From an uncultured Acidimicrobiales bacterium (lineage in GTDB: Bacteria > Actinomycetota > Acidimicrobiia > Acidimicrobiales > SHLQ01): DNA of 64,000 bases. Positions 32,165 to 41,490 of the stretch are shown here, one piece after another (position 1 is the first letter of the stretch; every line of letters starts with the position of its first letter). A program made the translations under genes and the position numbers. The notes beneath the pieces were generated by a model that worked only from the letters and a program-made list of their open reading frames with translations, did not search any database and was not told the origin of the DNA. Location: contig CALKGG010000119.1 in assembly GCA_938084885.1 (NCBI GenBank), positions 10,393 to 74,392 of the forward strand, written 5' to 3'.

Positions 32165-34747
32165 GTGATTCGGCTGGCGATAAAGAACCTCGCGCAAAAC
32201 AAGGTTCGACTTCTCCTCACCACGTTTGCGATCGTGCTGGGTGTTGGGTTTGTCGTGTCATCGTTCGTGTTGCGCGACGGCCTAAAAGAAATCTTCAACA
32301 ACCTGGCCACCGAGGTAGTTGACGGAGTCGACCTTTCGGTGTCGTCGTTCGATCCTGTCAACGACTCGGTCGGACAAGACGAGCTCGACATCATCCTCGC
32401 ACTCGATGGGGTTAGCGAAGCCGACCTGACGATCACTGGCGTGGACGCAGAGAACCTCATCCAGCCCATCAAACCCGATGGCACGACCATCACCTTGCAG
32501 GGCCCACCGCAGATCGCCTTTGGTTGGAGCGACGCAACATGGAGCGCAAGCTCGATCGTCGATGGGCGAGCTCCTACGACGGTCAATGAGTGGGTCATCG
32601 ATCCACCGAGCCTGGCCGAACACGGCTTCGTCGTCGGCGACACCTACGACGTCATCACGCCAGCTGGCCGCCGAACCGCCGAGCTCGTCGGCACGTTTAC
32701 TTTCGACGGCTTCATCGAGGGCCCAACCTTCATCTCGATGACCAACGAGTCGCTTCAGGACTACCTGCTCTACGGCGACCGGTTCGATTCTCTGATTATC
32801 GTCGGCGACGGATCGGTGCCACTCGACGAGTTGAATAGAACGGTCACCTCGGCGATCGGCGCCGATATCGAAACATCGAATTTCTTCGTCCAGACCCAAG
32901 CGGATCTCATTGCCGAGACCCAAGGCGAATTTAACCAGGCCCTCGACATCATTGGCGGGGTCCTCCTCGGTTTCGCGCTCGTCTCGTTGTTCGTGTCGAT
33001 CTTCATCATCTCCAATACGTTTGCCATCACCACGAGCCAGCGAACGCGTGAACTCGGCTTGCTTCGCGCAATCGGTGCTACCCCACGCCAAATCCTGCGC
33101 TCGGTCGTTGCCGAATCGGTCGTCATTGGCGTCATTGCCTCGGTTCTCGGCATCGGCGCCGGCGTGCTGATCGCCCTTGGTTTGCGAGCCATCCTCAACC
33201 AGGTAGGCGTCGCCATTCCCGACTTTTCTCTCGTCGTTGCGCCAGCCACCGTGCTCTACGCCTTTGTGGTTGGAACTGCGGTCACGGTTCTTGCCGCGAT
33301 CGTCCCCGCCATCGGTGCGGCTCGCACATCGCCAATCGCCGCCATCACTGGGCAATCGGACGAGAAGAAGAAATCGATCATCCGTTTTGTGGTCGCCGCG
33401 ATCATTACCGCGATTGGGCTGGCACTTATGGCCCTCGGACTGTTCGGTAATGCCGATGGCGTCACCGAAGTGCTCGTTCCGCTGGGCATCGGCGCGGGGC
33501 TCTCCTTCATTGGCATCACCTTGCTCAGCCCGCTAGTCGCCGGTCCCCTCAGCCGGATCATCGGCGCCCCATTGTCGATTCCGTTCGGAACCGCTGGGCA
33601 CCTCGCCAAGGAGAATTCGGCCCGGAACCCTCGCCGTACCGCAACGACCGCCGCGGCCCTGATGATCGGCCTGTCGCTCGTCTCGGGAGCTTCAGTCCTC
33701 GGCGAATCGTTCAAAGCCGAATTCGAGAACATCCTCAATACCGCGGTCCAAGGCGACTTTCTGGTCACGAGCGACAACGAACAATCCGATATCCCCGACG
33801 AGGTCGTTGCAGCAATCCAAGCAAACAACGCCTTCGGCAACACCACGGCGGTGAAGTACACAAACGTGATGCTCGAAGAAGACCTCGCGCAAGGCGTTGC
33901 TGTTGGCGAAGAAATCAACAGCCGCGACGTTGCCGCGTTCGACTACGCAAACATCGACGGACTCTTCAATCTCTCGGTCGTCGAGGGTTCGCTCGATGAC
34001 ATCACCACCAACACGGTTGGCATTCGAAACACCCTTGCAGACGACCTCGACATTGGGCTTGGCGACTCGATACATATTGCTCCCGACGATGTGACGACGG
34101 GTTTCGTCGAGCTTGCCGTCGTTGCGATCTTCGAAGAAGCACAGGTCTCGGGACAGCTGCTCCTCAATTTCGAACGGTTCGAAGAGGTGGCACCGCTCGA
34201 AGCAAACGCCTGGATCGCAGCGAGCGTCGCCGACGGTGTCGACATCGAAACCGCCGACGCCGAGTTCGCAGCGCTCTCCACGACGTATCCCAACTTGGCG
34301 TTCCAATCGTCGGCGGAGTTCCGTCAGACATTCTCCGAGCAGATCGATTTCATCCTCAACCTGCTCACGGTCCTGCTTGGATTGACGATCTTTATTGCGC
34401 TGCTCGGCATTGCCAACACCCTCGCGCTTTCGGTATTCGAACGTACCCGCGAGCTCGGACTCCTCCGTGCGGTTGGAATGGTTCGTCGCCAGACCCGTCG
34501 AATGATCCGGTGGGAAGCGGTGATTATTTCGGCGGTTGGTGCAGTGCTCGGCACCGTTCTTGGTGTGGCCCTTGGTGCAATCATCGTGACCGCGATTCCA
34601 GAACAGTTCCTGAGTGCGTTCGCGATTCCGTGGACGCGCATTGTCATCATGGTCCTTGCCGCATCGTTTGCTGGGGTCTTTGCTGCACTCTTCCCGGCGT
34701 GGCGAGCATCGAGGATGAACGTACTCTCGGCCATCAACAGCGAGTAG
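32165..34747 (+). CDS. ABC transporter permease with two FtsX domains (MacB-type)
   Basis: The N-terminus is IRLAIKNLAQNKVRLLLT. Two FtsX-type motifs are present (TSQRTRELGLLRAIGATPRQI and VFERTRELGLLRAVGMVRRQT), each followed by TM clusters. The gene starts 3 nt after the ATPase gene. Confidence 0.85.
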   Translation: MIRLAIKNLAQNKVRLLLTTFAIVLGVGFVVSSFVLRDGLKEIFNNLATEVVDGVDLSVSSFDPVNDSVGQDELDIILALDGVSEADLTITGVDAENLIQPIKPDGTTITLQGPPQIAFGWSDATWSASSIVDGRAPTTVNEWVIDPPSLAEHGFVVGDTYDVITPAGRRTAELVGTFTFDGFIEGPTFISMTNESLQDYLLYGDRFDSLIIVGDGSVPLDELNRTVTSAIGADIETSNFFVQTQADLIAETQGEFNQALDIIGGVLLGFALVSLFVSIFIISNTFAITTSQRTRELGLLRAIGATPRQILRSVVAESVVIGVIASVLGIGAGVLIALGLRAILNQVGVAIPDFSLVVAPATVLYAFVVGTAVTVLAAIVPAIGAARTSPIAAITGQSDEKKKSIIRFVVAAIITAIGLALMALGLFGNADGVTEVLVPLGIGAGLSFIGITLLSPLVAGPLSRIIGAPLSIPFGTAGHLAKENSARNPRRTATTAAALMIGLSLVSGASVLGESFKAEFENILNTAVQGDFLVTSDNEQSDIPDEVVAAIQANNAFGNTTAVKYTNVMLEEDLAQGVAVGEEINSRDVAAFDYANIDGLFNLSVVEGSLDDITTNTVGIRNTLADDLDIGLGDSIHIAPDDVTTGFVELAVVAIFEEAQVSGQLLLNFERFEEVAPLEANAWIAASVADGVDIETADAEFAALSTTYPNLAFQSSAEFRQTFSEQIDFILNLLTVLLGLTIFIALLGIANTLALSVFERTRELGLLRAVGMVRRQTRRMIRWEAVIISAVGAVLGTVLGVALGAIIVTAIPEQFLSAFAIPWTRIVIMVLAASFAGVFAALFPAWRASRMNVLSAINSE

Positions 34748-34831
34748 CCGCCCGTCAAGGGCATATGGTCCCGGCCTGAAGGTGTCGAAATACCTCTACG
34801 GACACGCCCACAACTTGCCGAATATCGGAAC

Positions 34832-36157
34832 GTGGATGTGCAAGACACCAACGTCATCACCGCCGTTCCCCCGAACCGCCTCGGCCAGCTGCTCTCCGAA
34901 GCTCGGCTGCGCAATGGTGCCGACCTTCAAGAATTGGCGGGCCAAAGCGAGTTCACCGTTGGCGAGCTCAGCGACCTCGAAGCTGGCCATCAGCTCCTCG
35001 ACGAGGACCTGATCACCAGGGTCACCCAGCTCTACCAGATCGACTGTGGGCCGATCGTTCCCCAGCGCAGCACCTTGGTCATCGATCTCGACGATCAGCT
35101 AATGACCGCCGCCAGCCACGCGCTGCCACTCGATTCCGCCGCTCGCGAACACGTGCTCGACCGTTACCTGTCGCTGGTCTACCTGCTTCGCAACAACAAC
35201 CCTGGCAGCAAGGTCACGCTTCGTGATGAAGATCTCGACATCCTCGCTGCGTCACTCCAGGAACGCCGCGAACTCATCGAGGAGCAGTTGCTTCTGGCAA
35301 TGGACCCCGACAATTCGTCGGTCTTTAGCCTCTTTGGCTGGTTCAAGAAGCGGTTGTGGGTTCCCGCAGCCGGTGCCCTCGTCGGCGTCACCTCGGTCGG
35401 AGCGCTCGTCATGTTGTCGACCGCGTCGCCGTCGGGCGACGCCATCTCGTCAGCACAGCTACTCGACACGTCGCCCGACCCAGACGCCACGAATGGCGCC
35501 GGCGGTGTTCAGCTGAGCGCAGGTCCAACGAGCAGCCTCTCGCAAGGATCCACCGACGCCGGTGCAACCAACGCGTCAGCTTCGGCCTCGTTCTCGTCAA
35601 CAGCAGATTCAGCGGTGTCGCCGCCGACCACGATCATTGCTTCGCGGTCCTCGTCGGTGGACCGGCCCGACTCGGTCGTTGAATCAGAATCGATCGCCCC
35701 AACAGATGCGGTACGTCAGCTTGGCGGCGCCGCCGAAGCCTTGCTCCCATTCGACTGGCAAGAGGCCCTTCCGGGTTGGGAGATCAACTACCGAGGCCAC
35801 AACGACAGCTTCCGTGGGTTGACCTACCCCTACGAACAAACCATTGAAATATTTGTTCGCGCCGATGACACGCCGGAACAACTCGCTTCGATCGTCGCCC
35901 ACGAACTCGGTCACGCAATGGACGTGACCCACATGGGTTCAGACGAGCGAAATCGCTGGCTCGAAGCTCGAGGCGTCGATGACGCACCGTGGTGGTCGGA
36001 TGCATTTGCCAGCGATTTTGAAAGCGGCGCCGGAGATTTCGCAGAGGCATTTGCGGTGTGGGCAATCAACGACGCGAGCTCCTCAGAGATCGCCGGACAG
36101 CCAACGACTTCGCAGCTTTCGCTGCTCGCAAGTTTCTTCGACGAGATCCTGGAATAA
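34832..36157 (+). CDS. membrane-spanning protein: N-terminal XRE-like HTH, one TM, C-terminal HExxH Zn-metallopeptidase-like domain
   Basis: The HTH-like segment is LGQLLSEARLRNGADLQELAGQSEFTVGELSDLEAG. The TM is LWVPAAGALVGVTSVGALVMLS, followed by a Ser/Thr/Ala-rich linker. The C-terminus is SIVAHELGHAMDVTH...GDFAEAFAVWA. Confidence 0.6.
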   Translation: MDVQDTNVITAVPPNRLGQLLSEARLRNGADLQELAGQSEFTVGELSDLEAGHQLLDEDLITRVTQLYQIDCGPIVPQRSTLVIDLDDQLMTAASHALPLDSAAREHVLDRYLSLVYLLRNNNPGSKVTLRDEDLDILAASLQERRELIEEQLLLAMDPDNSSVFSLFGWFKKRLWVPAAGALVGVTSVGALVMLSTASPSGDAISSAQLLDTSPDPDATNGAGGVQLSAGPTSSLSQGSTDAGATNASASASFSSTADSAVSPPTTIIASRSSSVDRPDSVVESESIAPTDAVRQLGGAAEALLPFDWQEALPGWEINYRGHNDSFRGLTYPYEQTIEIFVRADDTPEQLASIVAHELGHAMDVTHMGSDERNRWLEARGVDDAPWWSDAFASDFESGAGDFAEAFAVWAINDASSSEIAGQPTTSQLSLLASFFDEILE

Positions 36158-36267
36158 CGGCCGAAGAAAAATTCTGAAATGTCGCGACTTTCGTTTCCTC
36201 CGGTGCGTCAGTCACCTGTCCGGCACCGTATTGGTACCCGCCACCGGTGCGGTGTCGGATTAGAACG

Positions 36268-36370
36268 CAGACCTGTCCCCCTCTTCAGGTCTCGGCCGCC
36301 CGCCCCGGTGTGGCGGCCAATTTCTCAGGCCCGAGTCGTATCCCGCCACGGCTCGGGCTTGGGTTTTTTT
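36268..36370 (+). ncRNA. candidate small RNA with three hairpins bearing C-rich loops (6C-like), ending in an intrinsic terminator
   Basis: Hairpin 1 pairs agacctg/caggtct (36269-36292) with loop tccccctctt. Hairpin 2 pairs ggccgcc/ggcggcc (36294-36318) with loop cgccccggtgt. Hairpin 3 is the terminator, with loop atcccgcc. The 5' end is unknown. Confidence 0.4.
36328..36370 (+). terminator. rho-independent terminator
   Basis: An 11-bp stem (gcccgagtcgt / acggctcgggc, with one G-U pair) is followed by ttgggttttttt. Confidence 0.75.
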
Positions 36371-36434
36371 CGTCACAAGTGAGGCGTCTCTGCTGACGTT
36401 CTACACTGGCGTCCATCATGAGAGGACCTTCCCG

Positions 36435-37205
36435 TTGAGCAAAGCACTCGTCGCCTTCGTAACCGTCGCTGGCGTGTTTTTGCTTTCGCTCGTCCTGGTC
36501 CTCGCACTCGTCTCGCTCGGGTTGATCGACATTGCCTGGCCATGGGAAAACGTGGTGCGAGAAGAAACGGTCATTGAGATCGACACCGAAGAGGTCGGCC
36601 CTGCTCGCATCATCGACATCACGCCAATCGCCCTCGATTGTCGCGCCCGAATCCAGGCCGAAGTCCCGGTCGTTGGGACGCAACGGACGTCGGTGGCTGG
36701 CGCCACCGTCAGCACCGACACGATTCGCATGCGAGCAATTGGCGACGTCGACACATGCGTTGCCGCAGATGGCGTTGAGATCAACGAACGAACCGATGGA
36801 ACGATCGGCGTGATTATCGACGCTGATGCAATCGAGTTCGTCCGACCTCGCGTCGATGCGGTTGCGACCATGGATTCGGTGACGACAGATCGAGGCATCG
36901 TCAACCAAGTCATCGAGGCCTTGCCATTCACCAACGAAGACGACGAACTCACACCAGCAGCCTTCGCCTTTGCCCAAACCGTTATCGGCGGTAGCGACTG
37001 CATGCAGGCTGCGTTCGACCAAACAACCGAGGCGCTCGAAGAGGCCTACCGCCAGCAAATGGTCGACCAAGGCGCGAACCCCGCCGATATTGATGTGATC
37101 GTCTCGGGAACGCCAGACTTCGACCAAAACGGCGACGCAACGGCCTTGGGCGATTTCGAATTCATCGAAGAACCGGGAGCTGCCTGCGTCATCGCCGCGC
37201 CGTAG
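36435..37205 (+). CDS. N-terminally membrane-anchored hypothetical protein
   Basis: A TTG start is preceded by GAGAGGA. There is a single TM (ALVAFVTVAGVFLLSLVLVLALVSLGLI) followed by an acidic extracytoplasmic domain. The family is not recognised, though DUF4230-like is possible. Confidence 0.45.
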   Translation: MSKALVAFVTVAGVFLLSLVLVLALVSLGLIDIAWPWENVVREETVIEIDTEEVGPARIIDITPIALDCRARIQAEVPVVGTQRTSVAGATVSTDTIRMRAIGDVDTCVAADGVEINERTDGTIGVIIDADAIEFVRPRVDAVATMDSVTTDRGIVNQVIEALPFTNEDDELTPAAFAFAQTVIGGSDCMQAAFDQTTEALEEAYRQQMVDQGANPADIDVIVSGTPDFDQNGDATALGDFEFIEEPGAACVIAAP

Positions 37206-37223
37206 CGCCGGTATCGTCAAACA

Positions 37224-38399
37224 GTGCTCCATCTCTTCGATACAAGCCAATCGATGGTCGTACCCTTCGAACCGGGTCCGACCGTTCGCATGTACATCTG
37301 CGGCATCACGCCGTACGACTCAACCCACCTCGGTCATGCGAATACCTATCTGACATACGACCTTGTCATCCGACGACTTGAAGACTTGGGCCACACCGTC
37401 GAGATGGTACGTAACGTCACCGACGTCGACGACTCGATTCTGCCCAAAGCGCGCGAGCTCGGCATCGACTTTCTCGAACTCGCCGCGACCGAAATGCAGC
37501 GGTTCCACGGCGACATCGAGGCGCTCAACATGCGCCCTGCAGTCGCCGAACCGCGGGCGACCGAATCGATCGATGCCATCGTCGATCTGGTACAACGACT
37601 TTCTGACAAGGGCCATACCTACACCAAAGAGGGCACGACCTGGTTCGACGTGACCACGGCTCCAGAATTTGGCCGTCTCTCGGGGTACGCCGAAGACACC
37701 ATGCTGGCGCTGGCCGCCGAACGCGGCGGCACACCGACCGACCTTCGCCAGCGCAATCCGCTCGACTTCATCTTGTGGCAGCCATCGGCCGATGACGAAC
37801 CGAGCTGGGATTCGCCCTTTGGCCCAGGTCGACCCGGTTGGCACATTGAATGCAGCGCAATGAGCTGGAGCCAATTCGGCACAACCCTCGATCTTCACGG
37901 GGGCGGCTGCGACCTGATCTTTCCTCATCACGAGTGCGAACAGGCCCAATCCGAACACGGATACGGCGAGACGTTCGTTCGCCATTGGATGCACACGGGG
38001 ATGGTTGGCTACCAAGGCACCAAGATGTCGAAGTCGCTCGGCAACCTCGTCTTTGTGAGCGAGCTCGTCAAAACCCATGCCCCGCAGGCCATCCGTTTGG
38101 CGCTGATGGGTCATCATTACCGCGACGACTGGGAATGGATGGACGGCGACATCGAGGACGGCCAGGAGCGCTTCGAGCGCATCGTTGCCGCCATCGGTGC
38201 TGGCGCGGGACCCGACCCCGCTGTAACTCTCGGCAAGATTCGCGCGGCGCTCGACGACGATCTCGACGCGCCGACTGCCCGAGACGCGATCGATTCGCTC
38301 GCTCGTGCGATTCTCGCTGGTGACGGCACGAACCCCGACGCGGGCGCTGGACTCGCTGAAGCTGCAGAGCTCGTTGGCGTAAACATTCCAGGAGACTGA
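37224..38399 (+). CDS. mshC: cysteine ligase paralogue lacking the anticodon-binding domain: probable mycothiol ligase MshC
   Basis: It is a class-I aaRS catalytic core: MYICGITPYDSTHLGHANTY (HIGH) and KMSKSLGNLVFVSEL (KMSKS). At 391 aa it is shorter than the adjacent bona fide CysRS, as expected for MshC. Confidence 0.7.
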   Translation: MLHLFDTSQSMVVPFEPGPTVRMYICGITPYDSTHLGHANTYLTYDLVIRRLEDLGHTVEMVRNVTDVDDSILPKARELGIDFLELAATEMQRFHGDIEALNMRPAVAEPRATESIDAIVDLVQRLSDKGHTYTKEGTTWFDVTTAPEFGRLSGYAEDTMLALAAERGGTPTDLRQRNPLDFILWQPSADDEPSWDSPFGPGRPGWHIECSAMSWSQFGTTLDLHGGGCDLIFPHHECEQAQSEHGYGETFVRHWMHTGMVGYQGTKMSKSLGNLVFVSELVKTHAPQAIRLALMGHHYRDDWEWMDGDIEDGQERFERIVAAIGAGAGPDPAVTLGKIRAALDDDLDAPTARDAIDSLARAILAGDGTNPDAGAGLAEAAELVGVNIPGD

Positions 38400-38401
38400 A
38401 A

Positions 38402-39778
38402 ATGAAGTTGTTCGACACGCTCGAAGACACCGTTGTCGACTTTGTCCCGCGCAAAGCGGGCGAAGTTTCGCTGTACGCCTGCGGTCCGACCGTCTACAGC
38501 CATCCTCACCTCGGCCACGCTCGACAAGCAATCACCTACGACGTCATCCGCCGCTATTTCGAGTGGTCCGGATTCACGGTCCATCACGTCGCCAACGTGA
38601 CCGACATCGACGACAACATCATTGGCCGAGCGCGCGACGAAGGCTCCACCGAACCAGAGATCGCCGCAACATGGAAGACCATTTACGACGAGGCCATGGC
38701 CGATCTTGGGGTCTTGCTCCCCCACGACCGGCCGCACGCCACCGAATACGTCGCCGAAATGATCGAACTGATCCACGTGCTCGTCGAAAACGGATCGGCC
38801 TACGCCAACGAATCGGGCGTGTACCTGCGGGTTCGTTCGGTTGAGGATTACGGCGCCCTTATTCATCGGACCCCCGACGAGCTCGCCGAGGGCGCTGGCG
38901 CTCGTGTCGAAGTCGACGACAACAAAGAGGACCCTCTCGACTTCGCTCTGTGGAAAGCAGCAAAGCCAGACGAGCCAACCTGGGACTCCCCGTGGGGAGC
39001 AGGACGGCCGGGGTGGCACATCGAGTGCGCTGCCATGAGCCTCGGGATCCTCGGCGACGGATTCGACATTCATGGGGGTGGCAACGACCTCGCCTTTCCC
39101 CATCACACCAACGAGCGAGCTGAAGCCCTCGCTGCGGGGCGCACCTTCGCGAGGTATTGGGTGCACAACGCAATGGTCAATATCGGCGGCGAGAAGATGT
39201 CGAAGTCGTTGAACAACTTCACGACGGTCCGCCAGCTCCTCGACGAAGACCCAATGAACGCTCGGGCGGTTCGGCTCGTGCTCCTCCAAACCCACTATCG
39301 AAAGACGTTGGAGATCAACCCGAAGGTGATGGCGGTGGCCCGCGAGGCGTTGAAGGGCATCGACGCCATGGTCCGGCGGGCAGATACTGCGGGAATCGAT
39401 CGCACCGCGCCTGACCGCGACGAGGACAGCTTGGAGAAGTTCCGTGCCGCAATGAGCTACGACTTCGGCACGCCAGATGCAATGGCGACGGTCTTTGACC
39501 TCGTGCGTAAGGCCAACTCGGCGATCGACGCTGGCGCGCCTGAGGCAACGGCGTTCGCCCTCACCGCCATCGAACTTTCGAACGCTCTTGGACTGGCGGT
39601 TGGCGCCGAAACGGTCGCAGGCGACGACGACGACGAAATCGACGCGCTGGTCGCCGAGCGAACGGTCGCCAAGGGCGCCAAGGACTTCGCCACTGCTGAC
39701 CGTATCCGTGACGAACTTGCAGCCCGAGGCATCACCGTGGAGGACACCGCCGACGGCGCTATTTGGTACCGGCAGTAA
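38402..39778 (+). CDS. cysS: cysteine--tRNA ligase
   Basis: It has LYACGPTVYSHPHLGHARQAITYD (HIGH), WGAGRPGWHIECAAM (Zn/Cys site) and KMSKSLNNF. A C-terminal anticodon-binding extension is present, giving 458 aa. Confidence 0.9.
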   Translation: MKLFDTLEDTVVDFVPRKAGEVSLYACGPTVYSHPHLGHARQAITYDVIRRYFEWSGFTVHHVANVTDIDDNIIGRARDEGSTEPEIAATWKTIYDEAMADLGVLLPHDRPHATEYVAEMIELIHVLVENGSAYANESGVYLRVRSVEDYGALIHRTPDELAEGAGARVEVDDNKEDPLDFALWKAAKPDEPTWDSPWGAGRPGWHIECAAMSLGILGDGFDIHGGGNDLAFPHHTNERAEALAAGRTFARYWVHNAMVNIGGEKMSKSLNNFTTVRQLLDEDPMNARAVRLVLLQTHYRKTLEINPKVMAVAREALKGIDAMVRRADTAGIDRTAPDRDEDSLEKFRAAMSYDFGTPDAMATVFDLVRKANSAIDAGAPEATAFALTAIELSNALGLAVGAETVAGDDDDEIDALVAERTVAKGAKDFATADRIRDELAARGITVEDTADGAIWYRQ

Positions 39779-39780
39779 GG

Positions 39781-41469
39781 CTATTCGGCGATGCCGTAGA
39801 CGGCGCCCGACCGGGTTCCAACAACGATGGTTCCGTCCCACACTGCCGGAGTCGATTCGATACAGCCGTCATCGAGCTGCACAGACCACACGCGCTGGGG
39901 AACAGACCGAACGTCGGCGACATCGAACGCGTGCATGGTGCCCGAGCAGTCGCCCATCAACAACACGTCGTCGACGACCACTGGCGACTGCCACAGGTGA
40001 AAGCCGATGTCGATGCTCCACAGGTCGGCGCCGGTTGCTTGATCGACGGCACGGAGGTGTCCGCCTTCGCTTCCAAAGATGACGGCGCCATCGTGCAACG
40101 CCGGCGTTCCCCAGATGCCGGTGCCGACACCTTGTTGTTCTTCGACCGACCACACGAGTGCGTCGTCGGCCGACGCTGAGGGATCGAGTTTGAGTAGTTG
40201 ACCAAGTTCACGGGCCCGAGAGGTTTCCCGCTCGTACTCGGCGGCGACGTAGAGCATGCCGTGAGCATCGACGACAACCGTTGCGTCTACATCGTCGCCC
40301 ACCCAATACCGGAACGTGCGAACGGGGTCGCGGCCAGTGCGAAGCGGCGCGAGGTCCCATCCCTGCACGAGCCCGCCTGAGTTTGCGAAGTACATCGTGT
40401 TGCCCGAGATGGTCACCGAGTTCTCAATCGATACGTTCTCGTCGCCAATCGCGGCGAGCAGTTCGTCATCCCATCCCGGAGCGCTAAACACCAGCTCGGG
40501 GCTGACCGTTGCCTCGCCATTGGGGCCCCATGCACGGTTGAGTTCAACAATGTGGATTCGACTGTTCTCGCCGCCGACGAATAGCCGGTCGTCGATGACC
40601 AGACCCGCTCCATCCCAGTCGTCGTTCCACAGGGTCTCGCCGCCTGCCGCGGCGTCGAGTTTCCATACTTCGCGCGGTTCGCCCTGGTCAAAGGAGATGA
40701 TCCGGTAGCCGCCGTCGCGCGATCCGACGTACACGAGAGGAAACCCATCGGGGTCGACGGTTACCGAACCCTTGATAATGTCGTTGGTTTGATACGGGCG
40801 AATCAATCGCTCACCGGTCTCGGCATCGACGAAGTGCACTGCGCCGTCGAGGGCACCAAAGACAGCCCAAAGACGTCCGTCGAGCCGAAACATTGCGGGT
40901 TGACCAGTCCACCCAGTGCCGCACCAGATCTGCTGGTCGCCGCCGACGAGCGAACTGGCGCATAGCCCGCCGTCTTGTGGATACCTCCAGTGGACTTCTG
41001 GGGTTTCGGGGACGGGCCCGCGGCCATAGAAGGTTCGAGTTGGCGAGCCGCGGAAGGTGAGCAGCCCCTCGAGTGCGCCTTTGGGTGCGACGCCGATTTG
41101 GGTCGGATCGACGACGTAGGAGCCATTTCCGCTTTGGGTCTCGTTGGCCGCGAGTAACGTCTCACCGAGGATTCCGTTCTCGGGTATCTCGGTCGTGGTG
41201 TCGACGGGCGAGCGAACCTCGGCAGTTTCGGTACCTTCGCTCCCGGTCGCTCGAGTATCTGGAGCGTCGGTGGTGTCTTCTTGGTCAGAGATGCGTTGGT
41301 TGGTGAGGGTAACGGCGTCGTTCGTAGCCGATGGTGACGTAACAAATGCCCCGACAATAAGCAGGACCAATGCAACGATCAGCCCGTTGCGCACGAGGTA
41401 GATCGGCGCACGCGGACGGGGGTTTCGTTGAGGGCCAACCGATAGCTCGGCCGTCTCGCTGTTGATCAC
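39781..41469 (-). CDS. membrane-anchored PQQ-like (BamB-type) beta-propeller repeat protein
   Basis: An N-terminal TM (LIVALVLLIVGAFV) is followed by repeated blades such as GTPALHDGAVIFGSEGGHLRAVDQATGADLWS and QSPVVVDDVLLMGDCSGTMHAFD. Confidence 0.7.
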   Translation of the reverse strand: MINSETAELSVGPQRNPRPRAPIYLVRNGLIVALVLLIVGAFVTSPSATNDAVTLTNQRISDQEDTTDAPDTRATGSEGTETAEVRSPVDTTTEIPENGILGETLLAANETQSGNGSYVVDPTQIGVAPKGALEGLLTFRGSPTRTFYGRGPVPETPEVHWRYPQDGGLCASSLVGGDQQIWCGTGWTGQPAMFRLDGRLWAVFGALDGAVHFVDAETGERLIRPYQTNDIIKGSVTVDPDGFPLVYVGSRDGGYRIISFDQGEPREVWKLDAAAGGETLWNDDWDGAGLVIDDRLFVGGENSRIHIVELNRAWGPNGEATVSPELVFSAPGWDDELLAAIGDENVSIENSVTISGNTMYFANSGGLVQGWDLAPLRTGRDPVRTFRYWVGDDVDATVVVDAHGMLYVAAEYERETSRARELGQLLKLDPSASADDALVWSVEEQQGVGTGIWGTPALHDGAVIFGSEGGHLRAVDQATGADLWSIDIGFHLWQSPVVVDDVLLMGDCSGTMHAFDVADVRSVPQRVWSVQLDDGCIESTPAVWDGTIVVGTRSGAVYGIAE

Positions 41470-41490
41470 GCCGAGACTCGTTTGGAAACG

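Noticed and set aside
36181-36370. Identity of the structured intergenic RNA as SRP (4.5S) RNA, 6S RNA or a riboswitch leader
   Set aside because: There is no GGAAGCAGC-type SRP domain IV motif. The two ends do not pair in the long imperfect way expected of 6S RNA. I could find no ligand-riboswitch consensus. Only the 6C-like description is retained, and only as a hypothesis.
38117-39841. A 574-aa minus-strand ORF (and 37320-38531, 403 aa) covering the cysS/mshC region
   Set aside because: Both are antisense to two ORFs with clear class-I aaRS motifs. Their translations are Arg/Gly/Val-rich with no motif, which is the usual shadow-ORF artefact of high-GC DNA.
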